Shown: positions 25,976 to 32,000 of the stretch, piece by piece
Numbering within the stretch: the first letter of the stretch is position 1
Layout of the letters: each line of letters begins with the position of its first letter
Assembly: GCF_000009705.1 (NCBI RefSeq)
Contig: NC_003272.1
Span: 2,460,001 to 2,492,000, forward strand
Source: Nostoc sp. PCC 7120 = FACHB-418
Lineage (GTDB): Bacteria > Cyanobacteriota > Cyanobacteriia > Cyanobacteriales > Nostocaceae
Direction: 5' to 3'
Length of the DNA stretch: 32,000 nucleotides
The notes under the pieces: model-generated
Told to the model about the DNA's origin: nothing
The model's database searches: none
The model's input: the letters and a program-made list of their open reading frames with translations, nothing else
Position numbers and translations under genes: made by a program

Positions 25976-26058
25976 TTGTCTGGTTGATAAATAATGACTG
26001 ACAATGAGAAATAGCAAATAAAAATTTACATTTTTTCTTACATTTACCTCGCCTTTCA

Positions 26059-27936
26059 ATGACTCTACTGCCTCCCACTGAGCTAAGGAAGGTAACAGAA
26101 CCATCTGCTTTTCCTACACCTTCCTCCCAAGTAACACATCTCATTAACCGATTTCAACTTTCCCCAGAAACTATCGTGTTGTTTTTAGCCGTACTCATTG
26201 GCGGTGGCACTGGTATGGGGGTGGTGACTTTTCACTATTTGATTGAGCTGATTCACCACCTGATGCTAGAAAATCTGATGGGTGCAATTGGTGTTTGGGG
26301 CGCTTGGACATTAGCTCTTGTCCCCATTTTAGGAGGGCTAATAGTTGGATTTATGCGCTGGCGTACACAAGACTTTGGCCCCGGACTATCCTCACTCATT
26401 GCCGCTTCTGAGGGTGGCGAAATCAAAGGACAATTACGTCCTGTTACAAAAATGTTAGCGGCTGCCGTTTCTTTGGGGAGTGGTGCTTCTTTGGGGCCAG
26501 AGGGGCCAAGTGTGGAAATTGGCGCTAATTTCGGAATGCTGTTGTCCTTAATATTACAAGTTTCGCAAGAACGTCAGCGTTTACTTTTAGGTGCTGGCGC
26601 GGCCGCTGGCTTGGCGGCGGGATTTAATGCGCCAATTGCCGGGGTATTTTTTGCCTTAGAAGTAGTCATGGGCGCAACATCTTTTGCCACTTCCGCCGTG
26701 AGTGTAGTGCTGTTGGCGGCGGTAGTAGCGGCTTTAATTGCACAAATTGGTTTAGGGGCGCAACCTGCTTTTGCTTTACCTGTTTACCAAGTCCGCAGCC
26801 CTTTGGAATTGCCCCTTTATCTGGGTTTGGGGTTGGGTGCTAGTTTGGTTTCTGTAGCTTATAAACAATCTATTAATTGGGGAAAAGCTTGTTTTGCCGG
26901 TTCGATTCCTGGGTTTAAATTTTTAGATAAAATTCCTCAGCCAATTCACCCTATCATTGGGGGTTTCATTATTGGCATAGTAGCTTTAAAATTCCCACAA
27001 ATTTTGGGCATCGGTTATGGCACAGTACAAGCGATGCTGCAAGATGTCAAATTTTCTCTAGATTTGTTATTGATATTGTTGGTTTTAAAGTTGCTGATAA
27101 CAGCCATTAGTGCGGGTAGTGGTTTTGTTGGCGGTTTGTTTGCGCCGGCAATGTTTTTAGGTGCTTCATTGGGTTCAGCTTATGCTAAGATTCTCACACT
27201 CATAGCGCCAGGAATTGGCGAATATATGGCAGCACCTCCGGCTTATGCAATGGTAGGTATGGCTGCCGTCCTAGCTGGAAGTGTGAGAGCGCCTTTGACC
27301 TCAATTTTAATGTTATTTGAACTTACCCGCGATTACCGAATTGTTTTACCTTTAATGGCGGCTGTGGGTTTAAGTGTATGGCTAGTAGAAAGGATTAAAC
27401 CAAATACGAATTCTCATACCAATTTACAGCAAATTGGTCTTTCAATTCCGAAAGACCAAAAAGTAGAAATTTTGCAGCAAATTTTAGTAGAGGATGCTAT
27501 GCTTGCTTGCCCAAAAAAGCTATCTGCGACTTTGGGCATTTTAGAAGCTGCTAGGGAAATGATCAGCGATCGCACACGCAGTGCTTTAGTTATTGATGAT
27601 GCAGAACAACTAGTTGGGATTATCTCCCTAGAAGACCTCAACCGTACTCTTTCTGTATGGCAAAATTACCCGAATTCTGCAAGTGAAATCCAAAGTAATT
27701 TCACCCATCAAAGCATCATCGATATCTGTACAAAAGAGATCCTCTATGCTTGGCGTGATGAACCTTTGTCTGAGGCTTTAGACCGCATGGAGGTTAGAGG
27801 TTTGCATCAGTTACCTGTGGTAGCACGAGACAACCATGACCATATTCTAGGGTTGCTAGATAGGGAGCAAATTGCATTAACGTGTAACTTGGCAGTCACA
27901 CGCCAGACACTTTACCGTTTGGTCAGTAGTCATTAG
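26059..27936 (+). CDS. ClC-family chloride channel/antiporter with two C-terminal CBS domains
   Basis: 625-aa ORF with GSGASLGPEGP and GFNAPIAGVFFALE selectivity-filter motifs and a CBS pair in the last ~170 aa. The last codons lie in a heptamer tract. Confidence 0.9.
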   Translation: MTLLPPTELRKVTEPSAFPTPSSQVTHLINRFQLSPETIVLFLAVLIGGGTGMGVVTFHYLIELIHHLMLENLMGAIGVWGAWTLALVPILGGLIVGFMRWRTQDFGPGLSSLIAASEGGEIKGQLRPVTKMLAAAVSLGSGASLGPEGPSVEIGANFGMLLSLILQVSQERQRLLLGAGAAAGLAAGFNAPIAGVFFALEVVMGATSFATSAVSVVLLAAVVAALIAQIGLGAQPAFALPVYQVRSPLELPLYLGLGLGASLVSVAYKQSINWGKACFAGSIPGFKFLDKIPQPIHPIIGGFIIGIVALKFPQILGIGYGTVQAMLQDVKFSLDLLLILLVLKLLITAISAGSGFVGGLFAPAMFLGASLGSAYAKILTLIAPGIGEYMAAPPAYAMVGMAAVLAGSVRAPLTSILMLFELTRDYRIVLPLMAAVGLSVWLVERIKPNTNSHTNLQQIGLSIPKDQKVEILQQILVEDAMLACPKKLSATLGILEAAREMISDRTRSALVIDDAEQLVGIISLEDLNRTLSVWQNYPNSASEIQSNFTHQSIIDICTKEILYAWRDEPLSEALDRMEVRGLHQLPVVARDNHDHILGLLDREQIALTCNLAVTRQTLYRLVSSH

Positions 27937-27971
27937 TCATTGGTCATTGGAAAAATCAACAACTGACAACT
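27919..27971. repeat. heptamer tracts: TTGGTCA/GTAGTCA/TTAGTCA/TTGGTCA (27919-27950) and CAACTGA-type (27958-27971)
   Basis: Direct reading. TTGGTCA corresponds to the STRR2-type unit described for heterocystous cyanobacteria. Confidence 0.85.
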
Positions 27972-27980
27972 AACTATTAA

Positions 27981-28397
27981 TTATGCTGTAGCTTCTGCGA
28001 TTTCGAGGATTTCTCTTTCTTCGCCATCTACTTGTCTAAGACGAATGTGCTTTTTCCCTAAAGTGATGACAAACTCATCTCCTGGTTTGAGGTTCATCTG
28101 TTTTGTGTAAGCCGAACCAATCAATAAGTTACCATTCGATTGCACACTAATTCTATAACTAGCACTCCGTCCACCACGTCCGTTGGCATTGGGAGCGCTG
28201 TCTAACTGAATGCCTTCCGCATCAATTAGGGCGTTTAAGAATTTCATCATATTGACACGCTCTATACCATTTTTGGTAACGGTATAGTAGCCACACTGTT
28301 TAGCTTTTTCTTCTTTGCTAAGGTTCTCTAGCTCTTTGACTTTTTTGAGCAGTTCTTCACCGACTAGGGGTTCTATTTTTTTCTGTTTAGGCATCAA
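27981..28397 (-). CDS. cyanobacterial AbrB-like (cyAbrB) transcriptional regulator
   Basis: 138-aa ORF with a C-terminal SpoVT/AbrB-like segment (LKPGDEFVITLGKKHIRLR) and the N-terminal domain typical of the CalA/Sll0359 type. Confidence 0.8.
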   Translation of the reverse strand: MMPKQKKIEPLVGEELLKKVKELENLSKEEKAKQCGYYTVTKNGIERVNMMKFLNALIDAEGIQLDSAPNANGRGGRSASYRISVQSNGNLLIGSAYTKQMNLKPGDEFVITLGKKHIRLRQVDGEEREILEIAEATA

Positions 28398-28576
28398 CTT
28401 AGGTCAAAAATCAGGGGTTTAAGTAGTTGAATCGATTTTATTTTAGCTGACGTTGAGCTAATAGGAACAATATCCTTTAGTTTTTATCTCAGCCTAGCCA
28501 AGTATATTACACTCATAAGCAAAATTGTTGCACAATTCCCAATATTTGCAAGACAATTTAATTTTGATAATCGGGA

Positions 28577-28592
28577 TAACTATATATAGTTA
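28577..28592. promoter_or_regulatory. 16-bp perfect palindrome TAACTATATATAGTTA in the divergent cyAbrB/rrf2 promoter region
   Basis: Direct reading. Confidence 0.35.
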
Positions 28593-28648
28593 ATCAATCA
28601 CTGCTAAACTATATTTATTTAAGTTTTCTAAAGTCGAGTAAAAAGTTG

Positions 28649-28705
28649 TCTCCTTAGTCGGCTTGATTGTTAAGGAGAAAAATGATAAGTAAAACTGATC
28701 CTTAG
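28649..28705 (+). promoter_or_regulatory. hairpin that sequesters the Shine-Dalgarno sequence, plus a 7-codon upstream ORF ahead of rrf2
   Basis: TCTCCTTA (28649-28656) pairs with TAAGGAGA (28671-28678). AAGGAG is followed after 4 nt by ATG ATA AGT AAA ACT GAT CCT TAG (28682-28705). Confidence 0.3.
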
Positions 28706-28767
28706 TCATTGGTCATTAGTCATTGGTAATGAAAAAACAACTGACAACTGACAATTGACAACTAACA
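28702..28767. repeat. heptamer tracts TTAGTCA/TTGGTCA x4 (28702-28729) and ACAACTG x4 (28737-28767)
   Basis: Direct reading. Confidence 0.9.
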
Positions 28768-28769
28768 AA

Positions 28770-29213
28770 ATGAAACTAACAACCAAAGGACACTATAGTG
28801 TAAAGGCTTTGCTGGACTTAAGTTTGCAACCTAGCTATGGCCCTGCATCTGTGAAAGCGATCGCTAAACGTCAAGATATCCCAGCTCCATACCTGGAAAA
28901 ATTACTAATAGAAATGCGTCGTGCTGGCTTAGTCAAATCAATTCGAGGTAGCATTGGTGGCTATCAACTAGCACGAGAACCAGCAAAAATATCCATAGGA
29001 CAAATTTTAGAGGCAGTCGATGAAACTATCACTAATTTACCCCGCCATACTCCGACCCCAGCACAAACAGAAGATTGGGTAACATTTAGCCTTTGGCAAA
29101 GACTCAACCAAAAACTAAAAGAGGCTTTATACAGTATTACTTTGGCAGATTTGTATTACGATGCCCGTAGCTGGCAAGCTTCTCTCGGAGAAGAAGCAAA
29201 TTTTGTGGTTTAG
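28770..29213 (+). CDS. Rrf2-family transcriptional regulator (no Cys residues, so CymR-like rather than an Fe-S IscR type)
   Basis: The ORF track starts at a TTG (28755). I prefer the ATG at 28770 (MKLTTKGHYSVKALLDL). wHTH IPAPYLEKLLIEMRRAGLVKSIRGSIGGYQL. No cysteines in the sequence. Confidence 0.85.
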   Translation: MKLTTKGHYSVKALLDLSLQPSYGPASVKAIAKRQDIPAPYLEKLLIEMRRAGLVKSIRGSIGGYQLAREPAKISIGQILEAVDETITNLPRHTPTPAQTEDWVTFSLWQRLNQKLKEALYSITLADLYYDARSWQASLGEEANFVV

Positions 29214-29249
29214 CAATCGTCAGTTGTCGGTTGACATTTGTTTTCCTTC

Positions 29250-30212
29250 ATGACTAATAACATCTATGTCTTAATCATTGCTGTAATTTTAGATTATTTA
29301 ATAGGTGATCCTTGGGGTTGGCCTCATCCGGTGCAAGTTATGGGATGGGGAATTTCATGGTTGAGCAAAATTTTTCTCCAACTGTGTCAAAAATCTCTCA
29401 CACAACGCATCGCTGGGATTATTCTTGCAATAATTTTGATTGTTGGTAGCGGTGGGGTTGGTTGGTTAATCATTCAAATGACGAGATGGCTAAATCCTGT
29501 TTTAGCGATCGCACTAGAAAGTATCATGTTAGCTAGTTGTTTTGCTTTGAAAAGTCTAGGCAAAGCAGCTATTGATGTTTTACAACCTTTAAAAGCAGGC
29601 GATTTAACAGTAGCTCGGCAGACTTTGAGTAATTATGTTGGTCGAGATACAGATAACTTACCAGAATCGGAAATCCTCCGAGCAGTTTTAGAAACAGTGA
29701 CAGAGAATGCGACAGATGGGGTAATGGCTCCACTGTTTTATGCTATTGTCGGTATCTGCATTCCCCATGTAGGGCCAGTTCCTCTGGCTTTGGCATATAA
29801 AGCTAGCAGTACCCTCGATTCGATGGTGGGTTACAAAGAAGCACCATATACATATTTAGGATGGTTCAGTGCGCGGCTAGAAGATTACTTAACTTGGTTA
29901 CCTTGCCGCTTGACAGTGATAACTTTAGGATTATTATCAGGGAAGCCTGGGGATGTGTGGCGAATTTGTCGCCGTGATGCAATTAATGATCCTAGTCCCA
30001 ACTCAGGTTGGAGCGAGTGCGCCTATGCAGCCATTTTGGGTGTGCAGATGGGGGGGACAAATTGGTATGGTGGGATAGCCAAGCAAAAACCGCTCTTAGG
30101 AGATCCCACTTCTCCCATCAACCCACAACACATTCAAATAGCTTTGCAACTGACTAGATATAGCTTTTTGCTCTGGCTAGGTGTGGCGGTCGCTATACTC
30201 CTGATACGCTAA
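29250..30212 (+). CDS. cbiB: adenosylcobinamide-phosphate synthase CbiB/CobD
   Basis: The ORF track starts at a TTG (29238). An ATG lies at 29250. LDYLIGDPWGWPHPV, the TENATDGV motif, NSGW and a polytopic layout. Confidence 0.88.
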   Translation: MTNNIYVLIIAVILDYLIGDPWGWPHPVQVMGWGISWLSKIFLQLCQKSLTQRIAGIILAIILIVGSGGVGWLIIQMTRWLNPVLAIALESIMLASCFALKSLGKAAIDVLQPLKAGDLTVARQTLSNYVGRDTDNLPESEILRAVLETVTENATDGVMAPLFYAIVGICIPHVGPVPLALAYKASSTLDSMVGYKEAPYTYLGWFSARLEDYLTWLPCRLTVITLGLLSGKPGDVWRICRRDAINDPSPNSGWSECAYAAILGVQMGGTNWYGGIAKQKPLLGDPTSPINPQHIQIALQLTRYSFLLWLGVAVAILLIR

Positions 30213-30338
30213 AGGTATGAGGGAGAAGCAGTAGGGGAGCAGAAGGGAAAACTTGCTCAAACATTTCCCCCCTTTCCCCCTGCCTCAATTCCTAACTTCG
30301 CCCACTCCCTATTAACTCATTCTCAGGGGTATCGTTGT

Positions 30339-30881
30339 ATGGCTACGCCTGCCAAAGTAATTGAAATTCTTTCCGCCGAAGACCTCCGCCGTACTTTAAC
30401 GCGGTTGGCATCTCAAATCGTTGAAAGAACACGGGATTTATCTCAATTAGTCCTACTAGGTATTTACACTAGGGGAGTTCCACTAGCGGAACTACTAGCA
30501 CGTCAGATTGAAACCCTAGAAGGTATTAATGTCGGTGTAGGAGCCTTAGACATTACCTTCTATCGAGACGACCTTGACCAAATTGGTTTACGAACGCCAG
30601 CTAAAACCAGCATTACGCTTGACTTGACTGGGAAAACAGTCGTTTTGGTAGATGATGTCATCTTTAAAGGACGGACAATTCGTGCAGCTTTAAATGCCGT
30701 TAACGAGTACGGTAGACCAGAAGTAATTCGTCTAGCGGTGTTGGTTGACAGGGGTCATAGGGAAGTCCCCATCCATCCAGATTTTGTTGGTAAGCAGTTA
30801 CCCACAGCGAAAGAAGAAGTGGTCAAAGTTTATTTACAAGATTGGGACGGCAGAGATGCGGTAGAGTTAGTTGGTTATTAA
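30339..30881 (+). CDS. pyrR: bifunctional pyrimidine regulatory protein / uracil phosphoribosyltransferase PyrR
   Basis: 180-aa ORF with [18 protein letters not shown] (PRPP loop) and LVDRGHRE(V/L)PI. Confidence 0.9.
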
Positions 30882-31092
30882 AGGTAAAAAATAATCCACG
30901 AATTGCCAGGTAGTCTAATTTACCTTGTTTTTTGCTATTTATCTGGAGTTGGACTAATGAATGATAGTTGTGTTTTATAGCTGTTGCCAGTAGTGTTAGG
31001 ACATCACATAGATTATACAGCCTAGACACAACAGGACTTTTCACCCAGTCCCCAGTTCCCAGCTATACCATCACCAATGACCGCAGATATTA

Positions 31093-31965
31093 TTAGAAGT
31101 AGCGATCGCTAGATCCATGTCTTAAATATAAATAAATTAACCAAGCCAGGATTCCGAAAGCTAAATTAGTTAAAAACCGACTCATAATCAGCCAGAAAAA
31201 ATCGGGTGAAAAAATCTGTGCTGGACTCAAGGGACTAATAACTCTAGCTAAAAGAAACAGCCCAAAAATGGCATTACCGCCTAGCATGAGGGCAAATAAG
31301 ACTAAACCTCTTTGCCAGTAACGATGGAGGGAAGTATGACCAGATATTAAATTCAGGGGACGTTGGGATGTAACTTGACGCAGTAATTGTTCCATACGCC
31401 AAAACATCCACACCAATAATGGAAAGAAACCATAGCTGAGGAAACGTAGAGGTGGTGAATAACGCCAAGCACTAGAGAGTACATTTACGAGAGCGTGAAA
31501 AATCACCGAGTTAATCCCCGCTCGTACCAACAAATTTCTGTAGTGATTTAATCGCTCAGTTGCATGAAAATATTTCCCTAAGGCGTATCCCCAAGGAGCA
31601 GAAAACATGGCGTGTACTGGTGTGCCAATACTCCGGTCAAGGATGGTTGCTGTGCCATGATAAAGATAAATCCAGTTTTCTTCTGCGGTGAATCCTAATG
31701 CTGCCGCGATAGTAAAGAGGAAAATGCTACTAGATGTGAGATGATAACGACGTTGAAAATAATAGTTGGCAACAACAACTGCTAATATCTTGCAACCCTC
31801 CTCAATCGGGCCGATCGCTATCAGTTGACGTAAAGCGATACCAAAAAGCGATCGCTGTATTCTTTGCCAGTTTAATACCCAATTGGCGACAGAATCAAAC
31901 ACATATTCCAAGCCCAAGGCCAGAAAACCAGATATTGCCCCTAACAGAAATAACCACAACAGCAC
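31093..31965 (-). CDS. PrsW-family intramembrane protease-like protein
   Basis: Polytopic ORF with IEEGCK (E-E-x-x-K), FTAEENWIY and HALVN motifs. The listed start is a GTG. The frame stays open upstream to the window edge, so the true start may lie beyond 32000. Confidence 0.65.
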   Translation of the reverse strand: MLLWLFLLGAISGFLALGLEYVFDSVANWVLNWQRIQRSLFGIALRQLIAIGPIEEGCKILAVVVANYYFQRRYHLTSSSIFLFTIAAALGFTAEENWIYLYHGTATILDRSIGTPVHAMFSAPWGYALGKYFHATERLNHYRNLLVRAGINSVIFHALVNVLSSAWRYSPPLRFLSYGFFPLLVWMFWRMEQLLRQVTSQRPLNLISGHTSLHRYWQRGLVLFALMLGGNAIFGLFLLARVISPLSPAQIFSPDFFWLIMSRFLTNLAFGILAWLIYLYLRHGSSDRYF

Positions 31966-32000
31966 AGATAAAGGCGGGGCATGGGGTACACGATAATAGT

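Noticed and set aside
25314-26058. Fluoride riboswitch upstream of the ClC gene
   Set aside because: No crcB-motif-like sequence is visible. The channel carries CBS domains and canonical chloride-type filter motifs rather than the ClC-F type.
1147-29238. Heptamer tandem tracts considered as CRISPR arrays (1147, 10061, 10398, 10444, 15987, 19793, 21600, 27919, 28702, 28737, about 29218)
   Set aside because: The units are 7 bp, directly abutting, with no spacers and no cas genes. They match the STRR-type repeats typical of heterocystous cyanobacteria.
29214-29249. Cobalamin riboswitch upstream of cbiB
   Set aside because: Only about 36 nt separate rrf2 and cbiB, which is too short. No B12-box is seen.
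30213-30338. PyrR-binding attenuator hairpin upstream of pyrR
   Set aside because: The leader is a G/C-rich GGGGAGCAG-type repeat. I saw no UCCAGAGAGG-like PyrR box and no terminator/antiterminator pair.
1369-31468. Nested or antisense ORFs inside well-supported genes: 1369..1620, 1380..1808, 3547..3885, 4779..5015, 4799..5023, 5369..5602, 5556..5786, 6417..6611, 8827..9033, 11936..12145, 13785..13982, 16328..16585, 16341..16535, 17051..17344, 17774..17962, 17889..18077, 18373..18588, 19008..19244, 20446..20859, 23237..23437, 23473..23862, 23723..23959, 24152..24349, 25896..26144, 27414..27641, 30823..31044, 31274..31468
   Set aside because: Each is embedded in or overlaps a longer ORF with clear family motifs. 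The translations are low-complexity or Cys/Arg/Ser-rich, as expected of off-frame reading.

Overview
This window looks like chromosomal DNA from a filamentous, Nostoc/Anabaena-type cyanobacterium. The evidence is many HIP1 octamers (GCGATCGC, e.g. 783-790 and 1630-1637), numerous tandem heptamer (STRR-type) tracts between genes, and typically cyanobacterial genes (cyAbrB regulator, CrtH-like carotenoid isomerase, YggT/Ycf19-like protein). Most of it is ordinary housekeeping sequence: aldo/keto reductase, aroE, upp, crtH-like, thrC, argJ, a CBS-domain ClC channel, a GT39/ArnT-like glycosyltransferase, an Rrf2 regulator, cbiB, pyrR, a PrsW-like protease, three alpha/beta hydrolases and several conserved hypotheticals. 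I recognised no rRNA, tRNA or CRISPR array.

The accessory part is an insertion hot spot at about 12.1-15.0 kb. It holds an IS110-family element next to an IS630-family element, and the IS630 has landed in a TA inside a ~95-bp hairpin repeat whose intact copy lies at 2988-3079.

The most interesting signal is a 127-nt, 35-bp, all-Watson-Crick extended hairpin with two 10-nt one-sided bulges (12247-12373). It lies 103 nt downstream of the IS110-family recombinase gene. I propose it as the element-encoded guide RNA (bridge RNA / seekRNA) in the recombinase-downstream, IS1111-like arrangement. This needs checking.

Secondary observations:
- a large-serine-recombinase-like protein lacking the catalytic Ser/Arg motifs
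- orphan promoter/terminator pairs that suggest small RNAs
- perfect palindromes in the ClC and rrf2/cyAbrB promoter regions
- a G-rich plus 20-bp-palindrome repeat present twice
- heptamer repeats that extend into the ends of coding regions

All family assignments come from motif recognition by eye. No database search was run.
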